From Shigella phage SP18, in sequence record GQ981382: DNA of 64,000 bases. One strand, 5' to 3'. The notes beneath the pieces were generated by a model. The model saw only the letters and a list, made by a program, of their open reading frames with translations. It did not search any database and had not been told where the DNA came from. A program made the translations under genes and the position numbers. Of this stretch, positions 19,209-28,314 are shown piece by piece. Numbering within the stretch: the stretch's first letter is position 1; each line of letters starts with the position of its first letter.

Positions 19209-20756
19209 TTATTTTAATCCAGTCTTTGACCAGTCGCCAAATACATCTTCGAATGTGTCTGCATGGTCTTTATCGAAACGGAACCCTTTGATAATCGGCA
19301 GGAACAATGCAACCGTATTATCTTTACGAGTCTCGGAAGTCACCCAACCATTACATTCACAGTCAGCAATCATTCCAACCAATTCACCTTTACGAGCTTT
19401 AACCATCAAGGCTTCACGGTCCAGTTCGTGACGTTCATCAATCGGAATAGAAACCCATTTTTTGGTTTTCTTATCTTTCACTTGAGTTGTGTCTTTAAAA
19501 CCAGACCCACAGTTATTTGTAATCTTGCCACAAGAAGAACGAAGCACAACACCGCCAATTTTATCTGGGTCTTTATCGTGCTCGTAATATCCAATGATTT
19601 CCATTGCAATGTCAATTACTTCTTTGAACTTATACAAGTTCTTTGAGCGCTTGTTTTCCCAAATCGATGCCATATTCTTAAGGATAATACCTTCAAGACC
19701 TTCATCAACATATTTCTTATAGATAACTTTCGCTTCATCGAGATTGTTAACAACATGGTTTTCAATCAGAATCATGCGGTCGAAACCATGCAGCACCACA
19801 TTATCTGCAATCATCTTTTCCAGAACAGCAAAACGCACATCGTATTTCAACGGATTGAGAATCTTAACATCAGAATAGACTTCAATCAGCGGAACATAAT
19901 CCCAAACCTGGAATTTCATGCAAGAAGCTTCTGCTGCAGAAATAGTTCCTTTCAATGATTTGTTTGCCAGACCATTTGAAAAGGTTCTTGATTCCGCGAA
20001 TTCTGTGAATTCTTTTGCCTTACTAAGCTCAGGCATATCGTCAAAAAGGAAGCTCAAACCATCATTCTGGGGAGCTATTTTCTGTTCATGATATACTAAC
20101 TCGCCGTCAATCAAAACGCCCTCAGGATGTCTCTCACGCGCTTCACGGGTAGCTTCAATCAATTCCTTTTTAAGGAGGTCAAGCTTGAGGTATTCGTTGC
20201 CAGCTCGGGATAACAATCGAACATCATCCAACTCATCGCCACGAACTTCTGCAAAACACCGAGCGCCGTCGGCTTTCAATTGCGCAAAGGCCGGGAACTT
20301 AATGTTCTTGGCAATACCGGCTTCATCATAGGAAGAAGCGAGCATCTGCGGTTGTTCAGGAATTAAACCTTTCCAAACCTTATTTGCAATTGATACGGAT
20401 GCCCCGCATTCCAGGTCACGCATCATAACACGCCGCAGGACTTCAACATCTGCTTTTTTACCATCAGCAATATAGCCAGATAATTCCTCGATTGCAGCAT
20501 TACCTGTTAATTTACGAGAGGCTAATGTGAATTCAATAAAGTCAAGCATATCATCGATATTCAGCATACCAAAGCTTTGAGTCGTTGTCCCAGGTTTTGG
20601 CCATTTCTTAATATAGAACTGGATGCCTTTGGAATATGTCAAACGATACACACGTTTGAGGGTTTCATTGTCAGAATACGATTCCAGAATAGCTTGTTTC
20701 TCTTTAGTAGAATCGGTTGCAGCAATTTCATTTAAAATATCTAAAATCATAATCAC
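19209..20756 (-). CDS. 30: ATP-dependent DNA ligase gp30
   Basis: 515 aa; adenylation motif KADGAR; strong colinearity with T4 DNA ligase (e.g. RRVMMRDLECGASVSIANKVW). Confidence 0.93.
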   Translation of the reverse strand: MIMILDILNEIAATDSTKEKQAILESYSDNETLKRVYRLTYSKGIQFYIKKWPKPGTTTQSFGMLNIDDMLDFIEFTLASRKLTGNAAIEELSGYIADGKKADVEVLRRVMMRDLECGASVSIANKVWKGLIPEQPQMLASSYDEAGIAKNIKFPAFAQLKADGARCFAEVRGDELDDVRLLSRAGNEYLKLDLLKKELIEATREARERHPEGVLIDGELVYHEQKIAPQNDGLSFLFDDMPELSKAKEFTEFAESRTFSNGLANKSLKGTISAAEASCMKFQVWDYVPLIEVYSDVKILNPLKYDVRFAVLEKMIADNVVLHGFDRMILIENHVVNNLDEAKVIYKKYVDEGLEGIILKNMASIWENKRSKNLYKFKEVIDIAMEIIGYYEHDKDPDKIGGVVLRSSCGKITNNCGSGFKDTTQVKDKKTKKWVSIPIDERHELDREALMVKARKGELVGMIADCECNGWVTSETRKDNTVALFLPIIKGFRFDKDHADTFEDVFGDWSKTGLK

Positions 20757-20759
20757 CTC

Positions 20760-21041
20760 TTAGTCGTTGGCTCTATTATATGCCACATCTTCCAAAAGCA
20801 AATCCAGACGCTTATGATAAGAGAACACAAATCTCATTCGCCCATCTGGTTTAAACTTAGACATAAAGTGAACATAGATAAACCCTTGCTCAACACATTC
20901 ACGCCAAACCGGATGGTCTTTGGCTGGGTTAATATCAAACGAGTAATCATGATTCACATGACGAATAAACTGATTAACATGACCATAATCCATGGTAGTA
21001 GTAGGACCATAATCAGAAATAGTATGAACGACAAACATCAA
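20760..21041 (-). CDS. hypothetical protein (30.1-like position)
   Basis: 93 aa ORF in an operon-like array. Confidence 0.5.
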   Translation of the reverse strand: MMFVVHTISDYGPTTTMDYGHVNQFIRHVNHDYSFDINPAKDHPVWRECVEQGFIYVHFMSKFKPDGRMRFVFSYHKRLDLLLEDVAYNRAND

Positions 21042-21862
21042 TTACCCCCTTGGCCGCCGGTCGGTTGATTGTACCAATATTCAATGCCAGTACCTACGCA
21101 TGGGCCATATTGATATGGATATGCTGGATTATAACCAGGAGTCCATGGTTGACCTGGCTGCCAGCCTTGTTGCATTTGTTGTTGAAGACGGCGAGTTTCA
21201 CGAAACAGTTCGTCCAGTTTACGGAGTTCATCAGGGGTGAATTCTGGTTTGACCGGTTCATCTTTGTGTTTCAGTTTAAGCTGTCCAGCAACATCGTCCC
21301 AATTAAAAACTTTGGAAGCTGTTTTAGGAATAGCATCACGTTCGCCACGGGCCATCCAATAAACCGGGACTTCAAGGATTTCACTCGCATGGTCGCAATG
21401 GTGTGCAAGGTCATCAATATAACAAACGACATTATATTTGGTCTTCGCTTTCTGGAATAACTCTTCTTTAGAGGCTGTATGGCCACACATCATCACTTCT
21501 TTAAATGCACCAGGGAACAAAGCATTCAGGTTGAATTGACGATTCAGACGGGCATCAATGGAATCACCCAGAGCTGTAACGGCCACAAAATCATATTGCT
21601 CTTTGAGGTTATTAATAACCCTTAACGCATCCGCATAAGGAGACAAATAGCGAATAAAATCTGAACAGTTATATTTCTCAATCAACTGTGCTCCCAACTC
21701 TTCATCACAATTGAACAGTTTACCAGGGGTCACAAATTTTTCATCCTGAATCATCTTAAGGATATGTTCCAGGGGTAAATTATATTTTTGGGCGAAATAA
21801 GGCAAGCCAGACTGCCATGACAAACATACGCCATCAATATCGGTTAAAATAACGGGTTTCAT
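21038..21862 (-). CDS. HAD-superfamily hydrolase (30.2-like) with Q/P/Y/G-rich C-terminal tail
   Basis: N-terminal DxDGV motif (LTDIDGVCL); low-complexity tail QQQMQQGWQPGQPWTPGYNPAYPYQYG. Confidence 0.65.
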   Translation of the reverse strand: MKPVILTDIDGVCLSWQSGLPYFAQKYNLPLEHILKMIQDEKFVTPGKLFNCDEELGAQLIEKYNCSDFIRYLSPYADALRVINNLKEQYDFVAVTALGDSIDARLNRQFNLNALFPGAFKEVMMCGHTASKEELFQKAKTKYNVVCYIDDLAHHCDHASEILEVPVYWMARGERDAIPKTASKVFNWDDVAGQLKLKHKDEPVKPEFTPDELRKLDELFRETRRLQQQMQQGWQPGQPWTPGYNPAYPYQYGPCVGTGIEYWYNQPTGGQGGN

Positions 21863-22326
21863 AATGCATCTCTCAATTGGTTAAGTATGTCAATAAATTC
21901 TTGTTCAGTCAATATTGTATCATGAACAGTAAGGTGGCTCGCCATCGAATGCTTTAAAACTTTGCCCTTTGTAGCTTGTAATGCGTCGCGGAATCCTTTG
22001 TTTTGGAGCGCTGCTTCAAAATATGCATTTGTATACAACTCTTTCCATGATGTAGAGTATCTTGAAAAGGGAATTCCAAGCCAGAAAAGCGTCCCACGGT
22101 CCGCAGCTCTTGCATAAGCTCTTCCAGTTTGCTGGGCGGTCAATCCGGACATCCCAAATATACGTTTTTGTTGTTCACAATTTCTCACCTTACACCCCTG
22201 TAGGAAGCCTTCAAGACCTCCAAACTGGATGCCATCCATAACAAAAGGCCATTTAGCAAAGTTACTTAATGCACATGACGGCCATGGGAAATTGCTTCTG
22301 ATTTCTAACTCAGACATCTTTGACAC
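21859..22326 (-). CDS. NADAR / YbiA-like (DUF1768) protein (30.3-like)
   Basis: SNFAKWPFVMDGIQFGGLEGFLQGCKV resembles the YbiA SNFAAWP..DG...E.FQA.KF core. The track start is a GTG; the first in-frame ATG is at about 22316. Confidence 0.6.
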   Translation of the reverse strand: MSKMSELEIRSNFPWPSCALSNFAKWPFVMDGIQFGGLEGFLQGCKVRNCEQQKRIFGMSGLTAQQTGRAYARAADRGTLFWLGIPFSRYSTSWKELYTNAYFEAALQNKGFRDALQATKGKVLKHSMASHLTVHDTILTEQEFIDILNQLRDAL

Positions 22327-22522
22327 TGATAATATCTACATCAGCCCAATGACCATAACCAGGTAGACGGTCTTCAATAGATAAGCTGTTATGCTTTTTA
22401 AGGATAATCTTTTTAATAACTTTTTCTTTGTTATCTTGAAGATAAGGACTATGGTCAATAACTGAATAAGTAACTTCAACCATTTCTGTTCCCAAAATTT
22501 TCTGAATCAGTTTCTTAAACAT
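22310..22522 (-). CDS. hypothetical protein
   Basis: 70 aa ORF in a tightly packed minus-strand array. Confidence 0.45.
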   Translation of the reverse strand: MFKKLIQKILGTEMVEVTYSVIDHSPYLQDNKEKVIKKIILKKHNSLSIEDRLPGYGHWADVDIISVKDV

Positions 22523-22523
22523 A

Positions 22524-22718
22524 TTATCCTCGCCTTAAACATTTGATTACAGACAGTTCACCGCTCATGCGAACATCTTCAGTTCCATCAACCCACAAGA
22601 CTAAATACGCTTCTTTAATTACAATACCACCGAATTTAAAAGCAGGCAGGACCTTTGAAATCATTCCAGGAATACCCACACCTTTTAACTGAACAGTTTG
22701 TGATAAGAATAGTTGCAT
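22524..22718 (-). CDS. hypothetical protein
   Basis: 64 aa ORF in the same array. Confidence 0.4.
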   Translation of the reverse strand: MQLFLSQTVQLKGVGIPGMISKVLPAFKFGGIVIKEAYLVLWVDGTEDVRMSGELSVIKCLRRG

Positions 22719-23005
22719 TAGAACCTCATCTGGAAACCGTGTGATTTAACATTACCGCCATTAATATCAGACGAATTAATTTCACGTGCTGCAATTGGGT
22801 CAATATCAATGTCGCGGCTAAGCTTGGTGATTGCCAGTGTATCACGTCCATTAACAGCCCTGAATTCAACTGGGCAAACTATATCCACATAGTTTTTAAT
22901 GGATTCTTTAGTTGGTTGCTTATCAGCAGGTACACCTGGACCAGCTTTAGAGAAAACAACTTCACAGAAATTTTTACGTGTATCAAAGTAAGTAGTCATA
23001 AACAT
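22718..23005 (-). CDS. hypothetical protein
   Basis: About 95 aa from the ATG downstream of a GC hairpin, with a GAGG Shine-Dalgarno. Confidence 0.5.
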   Translation of the reverse strand: MFMTTYFDTRKNFCEVVFSKAGPGVPADKQPTKESIKNYVDIVCPVEFRAVNGRDTLAITKLSRDIDIDPIAAREINSSDINGGNVKSHGFQMRF

Positions 23006-23041
23006 AGTATTTGCCTCAAGGGGCTTTCGCCCCATTTAAGA

Positions 23042-23407
23042 TTAGATATCAAATTCATTAAGAACTACATCAAAAATTGCTTCCAGGTGTTCAGGTTTTG
23101 CTTTGTTACCCAGGATATGACGAATCCAAGTTTTAACCAACAGCTTGCGATTAACACCATTCCAGCAAGGATGAGTCCCTAAATCACGTTCACGGAAATC
23201 ATCATCTAAAGCAATTTTAAAGGTTGAACCAGTCATAGTGATTGAAAGAGTGATACCATTTTCAAATCGCATATAAACGTAGTTAGGAGTCATATACTGT
23301 TCAATTTCGCACACTGAACCATTTTTATGTTTCCACAGGCAAATAACTTCAGAAGAACCTGGGATGCAGTTAGAAACATATTTGCGTTCAAAGTTGATGT
23401 AGTTCAT
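23042..23407 (-). CDS. hypothetical protein
   Basis: 121 aa ORF with GGAGAATAAAATG start context. Confidence 0.55.
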   Translation of the reverse strand: MNYINFERKYVSNCIPGSSEVICLWKHKNGSVCEIEQYMTPNYVYMRFENGITLSITMTGSTFKIALDDDFRERDLGTHPCWNGVNRKLLVKTWIRHILGNKAKPEHLEAIFDVVLNEFDI

Positions 23408-23432
23408 TTTATTCTCCAGTTGTTTTCATTTG

Positions 23433-23467
23433 TTGGTACAGGTTTATAATATCATAACCTGTACCAA
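23433..23467. repeat. perfect 12 bp inverted repeat (TTGGTACAGGTT / AACCTGTACCAA) around an 11 nt TATAAT-containing loop
   Basis: Read directly from the sequence; intergenic between two small early genes. Confidence 0.7.
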
Positions 23468-23478
23468 AGTAAACTGTT

Positions 23479-23847
23479 TTATGCGACTTTAATCCAATTA
23501 TCTAAATTTAATTCACCCTTAGCTTTCATTTTTTCAATCAAATCATCAGCAGTGGTGCGACCATTTTGATACCATGTAACATCTTCAGAATAACCAGTTT
23601 CTTCATCTTCATAGGTCTTACAGCGAATCTTACCAAGAATCAAAGTTTTCAGTTCGTAGGTATCACCAGTAAAAAAGTTTGTTACCATAATTTTCCAGGA
23701 GAAGTCATCAGAAGGACCTTCTGGAGTCATGCAAGAAACGAATTCAAATTGTTCTTTATACAAGTGCCATTGCATTTCTTTAGTTTCAATGGCTTTGTAG
23801 CCGTCGTGGTCTTTACCTTTGATGTATGAGTTAAGATTGATTTTCAT
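23479..23847 (-). CDS. hypothetical protein
   Basis: 122 aa ORF with GGAGAATAAAATG start context, downstream of an early promoter cassette. Confidence 0.55.
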   Translation of the reverse strand: MKINLNSYIKGKDHDGYKAIETKEMQWHLYKEQFEFVSCMTPEGPSDDFSWKIMVTNFFTGDTYELKTLILGKIRCKTYEDEETGYSEDVTWYQNGRTTADDLIEKMKAKGELNLDNWIKVA

Positions 23848-23888
23848 TTTATTCTCCAGTGCTTTATTGTGTAACTCAGTATGGAATC

Positions 23889-23917
23889 ATTATGCACTGG
23901 CCCAACCCTGTTGTACA
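23889..23917 (-). promoter_or_regulatory. early sigma70-type promoter (TGTACA, 17 bp, CATAAT) with conserved leader CCATACTGAGTTACAC
   Basis: -35/-10 spacing of 17 bp; the 30-mer is identical to the one at 57743-57772; preceded by a terminator hairpin. Confidence 0.6.
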
Positions 23918-23926
23918 CCCTTTATG

Positions 23927-23952
23927 AAAAAAAAAGACTCCCGAAGGAGTCA
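23927..23952 (-). terminator. terminator hairpin (GACTCCTTCGGGAGTC) plus T9
   Basis: GC stem with TTCG loop followed by a long T-run on the minus strand. Confidence 0.75.
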
Positions 23953-24300
23953 TTTGATAATTGTTTTATAGGTCACTTCAGCTGTGTAGAAGTTTTTGGC
24001 TTTCATTACAATAGCTTCACCCTTTGGATTCGCCTCAATCCATTCTCTGGCACGTTTATGTGCTTCCAGTTCAGTAAGCAAACCAGAGCGTTGACAGCCA
24101 CGGTCTTGTGTACCAGCTTCACTTAAGAAAGCGACTAGATAAATTGCGTCGTCATACGGTTTAGCAGGTGGGATGTACACCGGAGGACTCGGTGGGACAT
24201 ACGCAGCAGGATGATGACCCGGAATTTCATTGTATGGACCAGGCGCGGCATAAGATGCTCCACGTGGTGTAGTAAACGTGTGATTGTATCTATCGTTCAT
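23950..24300 (-). CDS. hypothetical proline-rich protein
   Basis: 116 aa ORF; N-terminal half Pro/Tyr rich. Confidence 0.5.
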   Translation of the reverse strand: MNDRYNHTFTTPRGASYAAPGPYNEIPGHHPAAYVPPSPPVYIPPAKPYDDAIYLVAFLSEAGTQDRGCQRSGLLTELEAHKRAREWIEANPKGEAIVMKAKNFYTAEVTYKTIIK

Positions 24301-24312
24301 AATATTTTCCTA

Positions 24313-24339
24313 GAAAAAAGGGACTCCGAAGAGTCCCTG
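24313..24339 (-). terminator. terminator hairpin (AGGGACTCTTCGGAGTCCCT) plus T6
   Basis: Perfect stem-loop with T-run on the minus strand, downstream of the small basic ORF. Confidence 0.7.
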
Positions 24340-24342
24340 AAC

Positions 24343-24504
24343 TTATGCTTTCGGCTTACCAAAGCAAGCTGCATCGGCACGCAATACCGCACGAGCACGA
24401 GCCTGAAGTTTATCAGTTACCTGATTGATTCGCTTGTTGGACGCACGCTTGTAACCAGCGCGTTTGGAGGAGCCATCAACAACTTTAACTTCTTTCTTAG
24501 CCAT
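24343..24504 (-). CDS. small basic protein (~53 aa), 30.9-like position
   Basis: Hand-translated MAKKEVKVVDGSSKRAGYKRASNKRINQ...; below the track cutoff; weak Shine-Dalgarno; coordinates approximate. Confidence 0.4.
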   Translation of the reverse strand: MAKKEVKVVDGSSKRAGYKRASNKRINQVTDKLQARARAVLRADAACFGKPKA

Positions 24505-24901
24505 ATTAAATTCTCTTTAAAATAGAATGCAGGACTTATTGGCATTGCCTGCGCAAGCCCTCGAAGGGAACATTAGGTTTCGGATATTTAACGACAGGAT
24601 AACCATAAACCTCGTCATCATACCTTATAGCTCTTATCTGTTGCACACCGTTAGCTTAAAGGTTCCGGGTTCGATTTCTCGAGGATAAGATATATACTGA
24701 TGGATATATAGGCCTTGAGGCGTACTCCCGATTGGCCATCACCTCGGGGTAGCATGCACTTGCCGCTATAAGAATAACATTCAAGAGGTACACCATAAAA
24801 TTGCCGAGGTCTTAAAACTATAATGATTCGCAAATCATTAATCAGACAATTCGACGGCTCCTCGATTTTAGCTCACACTAAGGCAGTGAATCTCCAATAA
24901 A

Positions 24902-25156
24902 TTACTTCAGAGTTACGACAAAATGGCGAACAGCTTTACGGGCAGCAGATGCCAGCGGCTTAGCAAATTTCAGTTCATCTTTTGCTTCGAGCACTGCACG
25001 AAGGTCGGTTTGAATCGGGTTAAGATGTTTGAAATACTGCAGAATTTCCAGTGCTTCGGCTTCAACATCAATAGATGCGCCGTAGTTTTCGTGACCGTTA
25101 TTCCATGCAGTGCGTTGCAGTTCAAGAGCGTGTTGTAATTGTTTGTTTAAAGACAT
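24902..25156 (-). CDS. rIII: rIII lysis inhibition accessory protein
   Basis: MSLNKQLQHALELQRTAWNNGHENYGASIDVEAEALEIL... matches T4 rIII from the internal ATG (about 84 aa). Confidence 0.8.
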   Translation of the reverse strand: MSLNKQLQHALELQRTAWNNGHENYGASIDVEAEALEILQYFKHLNPIQTDLRAVLEAKDELKFAKPLASAARKAVRHFVVTLK

Positions 25157-25313
25157 TTTAGAAGCCTCAATATGAGGTGAATATTTGGTGGACACGTTCT
25201 TCTGAATTTCACTTCCTTTCGGCAAGTCTCTCAGTTGTAGTCCACCGTTTAGGATTCTCCGGTTAACTAACTGGTCCGGCAGCCAATCCATATTATTATT
25301 TATAACGCTAATT

Positions 25314-25661
25314 TTACTTATAAAGACAAGGAACAGCTTTATAATGACAGGTCACAAATTTCTGCTTAACTTCTTTAGCCTGCTTAAGTCCCAGAGCAAC
25401 CAGAGGATGTGGAACGTTTGCAATCTTGCCAACCGGAAGAGGAGTCAAATCACCCACTTCACAGAAACCTTCGGGAACATCCGGACCAACCGAAAATACT
25501 TCGCACATCTCTGGGATTTCACCCTGATGGAGTTTTCCGATAACGATACCTGATGCCGTAGTTTCTTCATCACCAGCTTGCTTTGGCTCAGAAACCAAAA
25601 TAATATATTCACCTACTGCTTTAATTGGTAATTCCATATTTAATCCATGTTGTTTGGTCAT
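25314..25661 (-). CDS. 31: co-chaperonin gp31 (GroES-like)
   Basis: [22 protein letters not shown]...[20 protein letters not shown]...[30 protein letters not shown] matches T4 gp31; start could be 25661 or 25637. Confidence 0.9.
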   Translation of the reverse strand: MTKQHGLNMELPIKAVGEYIILVSEPKQAGDEETTASGIVIGKLHQGEIPEMCEVFSVGPDVPEGFCEVGDLTPLPVGKIANVPHPLVALGLKQAKEVKQKFVTCHYKAVPCLYK

Positions 25662-25692
25662 GTATTAATAATAACACGCACCGTTTGAAGCA

Positions 25693-25992
25693 TTAAAGGA
25701 CAAGCAGAGTCTCGGTCTGCAGACCATTCACGGAAATCAATTTATTGAAACAGAATGAACGCCATTCATTAAGCTTGGTATCAAATACCCGGATATAGCT
25801 AACTGGTTCTTTATTGGCTTCTGGTCCAGGGGTCTGGATTTCTTTATGCGGCAGCAGGTCCAGGTCACGAGTACAAGTCATACGGCGGATGCTACCATCT
25901 GCTTTTTCAAACAGAACTTCGTGAAAACCAACAGACAAAATAGTCTTGACTTTTTCACGGAGACGAATTGTTTCTTGTTCAGTTAAAATCAT
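25693..25992 (-). CDS. hypothetical protein (31.1-like position)
   Basis: 99 aa ORF. Confidence 0.55.
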   Translation of the reverse strand: MILTEQETIRLREKVKTILSVGFHEVLFEKADGSIRRMTCTRDLDLLPHKEIQTPGPEANKEPVSYIRVFDTKLNEWRSFCFNKLISVNGLQTETLLVL

Positions 25993-25994
25993 AA

Positions 25995-26228
25995 TTATTC
26001 CAAAACAGTTTTAATGGTTGTTGCATTACGCTCTTTTAGAGCTCTTAATAGGCTATGGCAATTTTCAAGAATAGGCACCGTTTTATAGTTCATTTCGGGG
26101 CGAACCCACTCGGATTTATAGTACGATTTCCAACGAGAGAAAAAGTACTTTTTATATTCTACTGAATAGGCTACCAGGTTTTCACCTTTTGAGTTCAGAC
26201 CTGAAAACTTAACTAGACGAAATTTCAT
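25995..26228 (-). CDS. hypothetical protein (31.2-like position)
   Basis: 77 aa ORF; its stop abuts the next gene's start. Confidence 0.5.
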   Translation of the reverse strand: MKFRLVKFSGLNSKGENLVAYSVEYKKYFFSRWKSYYKSEWVRPEMNYKTVPILENCHSLLRALKERNATTIKTVLE

Positions 26229-26809
26229 TATTCACCACAAAATTCGTTAATGTTTTCCCAGTTCAATTTGTCTAGACTACGCTTAGGCACATTGAACACC
26301 TCAATTCCCGCGTTCTTCAGGATATCATCCCAACCAGGAATATTCTTATCATACGTTTCACAGTAAACCAATTTCTTGATTCCTGATTGAGAAATTGCCT
26401 TTGCACAATCAGGGCAAGGAGAAAGCGTCACATACATAGTAGCGCCTTCAATTGACGAACCCATTCTGGCTGCGAACAGAATCGCATTAAGCTCGGCATG
26501 AATTTCGTTGTTCTTTGACCAGGCCGAATGAGCTTCGCGATGAGCTTTCGCCAATACAAAACGGTCAACCTGACTGAATCTCACGCATTCTGACTTATGA
26601 CCAGGGATGAGAACTGGTTTAGGTTTATTCAGTAACCAACCTTGCTCTTCCGCATGCTCGCAACAGTTAACCCCACCCGCAGGGGAACCATTATACCCTG
26701 TAGAAATAATGCGACCATTCTTTTCAATAACAGCTCCCACTTTCCAGGAGCAACATTTGGATTCTTGAGATACAAGGTATGCGATTTGCAGAACAGTAGT
26801 TGGTTTCAT
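26228..26809 (-). CDS. cd: dCMP deaminase
   Basis: 193 aa; zinc-binding HAE and PCxxC motifs (HAELNAILFAAR, SPCPDCAKAI); colinear with T4 Cd. Confidence 0.93.
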   Translation of the reverse strand: MKPTTVLQIAYLVSQESKCCSWKVGAVIEKNGRIISTGYNGSPAGGVNCCEHAEEQGWLLNKPKPVLIPGHKSECVRFSQVDRFVLAKAHREAHSAWSKNNEIHAELNAILFAARMGSSIEGATMYVTLSPCPDCAKAISQSGIKKLVYCETYDKNIPGWDDILKNAGIEVFNVPKRSLDKLNWENINEFCGE

Positions 26810-27145
26810 TTACATCACCACGAGATAATTGGTTTTAATAGTTTCAACACGATATAATTCATGTCGCAATTTAGTAATGCTCTTAACATGTGTTGTAATT
26901 ATACTATCACCATCGCTGAAGCGTTTTTTCTTATCGTCAAAAATCACCCCAAACATTCGCTCACCAATTTCTACAGGAGCTTCTGTGATAACAACCGCAT
27001 CATAATTACTTGGGTGAATACTTTTAAACAGAGCATCATTCGCAAGCGTTACTTTGATAAATGCAGCTGTCTCCGGGTCCAACTTACGATGGTCACCCAA
27101 ATCATTTTTAAGTGCTTCCTGAAAAATATCCATTAAATTCATCAT
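26810..27145 (-). CDS. hypothetical protein (cd.1-like position)
   Basis: 111 aa ORF. Confidence 0.5.
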   Translation of the reverse strand: MMNLMDIFQEALKNDLGDHRKLDPETAAFIKVTLANDALFKSIHPSNYDAVVITEAPVEIGERMFGVIFDDKKKRFSDGDSIITTHVKSITKLRHELYRVETIKTNYLVVM

Positions 27146-27387
27146 TGAATATACACTCGCTGCGCTTCAACCAGACCGTCAGAACCCAATTTCAGTTGGG
27201 TCAACTGATCACCACCTTTTAGAGTAATTTTCGGATTAATGACAATCATAAAACTGCGTGCAGATTCCTGAATAACTTGCAAAGTCGCAGCAGGGAATCG
27301 CTCTGATACGTGATTAATCATCGCTTGAGCAAATGCCTTCACTTTTTCGTGGAACTCTTCAACAGTAATTGGGGTTTCGCTAAGCAT
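27142..27387 (-). CDS. hypothetical protein (cd.2-like position)
   Basis: 81 aa ORF; overlapping stop/start. Confidence 0.5.
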   Translation of the reverse strand: MLSETPITVEEFHEKVKAFAQAMINHVSERFPAATLQVIQESARSFMIVINPKITLKGGDQLTQLKLGSDGLVEAQRVYIQ

Positions 27388-27929
27388 CAGATTGTCTCCT
27401 GTTTTACTTGTTTAATGATAGAAGCTTTTGTGATATCGCCTTTGATAATATAGCAATCTTCTGCAGTACCACGGTTTAACAGACGCTCTGCTTCGCCTTC
27501 CGCTCGCTCTTTTGACACATGACGAGAGTTAATCTCAATCTTGCCATTTTTAACCACAAGCAATTTCCAAACTGATGCAAGTTTCACTGGCACAGGTTCA
27601 ACTTCTGGCTTAACACCAACTTCTGCCCGGATGAAATAATCAAATTCATCAGACAATGGACCAGCAGAAACAAACATTGCTCCATGATGCCTGTTTTCTG
27701 CGCCAGATATTTTTGCCAAATCCACAAAATCATTTTCATCAATCAAACGTATCTCACAAACTTTTCTTCCACCGCTCGCGGTATCAGGTACAATTTTCAC
27801 TTCAAACGGAGTCATACCGATGTATTTGGCAATTTGGTAATTAGCTGCCCAGCCGCCGGCAATAAACTGTTTTTTGGCATTTTCAGATACGAATTTGTAA
27901 AACTTGCCTTCTTCAAAGAAATTACTCAT
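27387..27929 (-). CDS. hypothetical protein, member of the GKFY..KKQFIAG paralog family
   Basis: 180 aa; N-terminus EGKFYKFVSENAKKQFIAGGW resembles the ORFs at 40047 and 40478. Confidence 0.55.
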   Translation of the reverse strand: MSNFFEEGKFYKFVSENAKKQFIAGGWAANYQIAKYIGMTPFEVKIVPDTASGGRKVCEIRLIDENDFVDLAKISGAENRHHGAMFVSAGPLSDEFDYFIRAEVGVKPEVEPVPVKLASVWKLLVVKNGKIEINSRHVSKERAEGEAERLLNRGTAEDCYIIKGDITKASIIKQVKQETI

Positions 27930-27989
27930 TTTGTTTTCCTCATGTGTTGATGAAATTCATTATACACCATCCGTGGTGAAAGTAAACAC

Positions 27990-28268
27990 TTAAATTGCTT
28001 CGACAACTACCGTTTGTTTCTGGAAGTCCATCTTGCATGAAATAGCCAAAATGTGGTTATCAATTTTAAATGGAACAATTGCAAATGCTGCACCAGGCGT
28101 GAGTTGAACAGTGATTGCATCAACTGCATCCGGGAACATGATTTCCAGAATAGCAGACAAACGGCCATGCACTTTTAGTTCAGTCGACACGTCGACGCTT
28201 TCGTATAGATAATCAGATACAATCTGACTAAAAACTACTTTAACAATTTCAGAATATGTAGGAAACAT
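27990..28268 (-). CDS. hypothetical protein (cd.4-like position)
   Basis: 92 aa ORF. Confidence 0.5.
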   Translation of the reverse strand: MFPTYSEIVKVVFSQIVSDYLYESVDVSTELKVHGRLSAILEIMFPDAVDAITVQLTPGAAFAIVPFKIDNHILAISCKMDFQKQTVVVEAI

Positions 28269-28314
28269 TTCTTTTCTCGCTTAGTTATTAGGGTATCCAA
28301 AGGACCTAGACCCC

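Noticed and set aside
24660-24690. Possible tRNA gene suggested by GGGTTCGATTTC (T-loop-like)
   Set aside because: Could not build a cloverleaf: no acceptor stem pairs with the flanks, and the T-stem has a mismatch and two G-U pairs. Kept only as a motif inside the non-coding island finding.
24651-24833. 60 aa minus-strand ORF inside the non-coding island
   Set aside because: No ribosome-binding site, low-complexity and non-protein-like composition, spans the hairpin-rich region; judged spurious.
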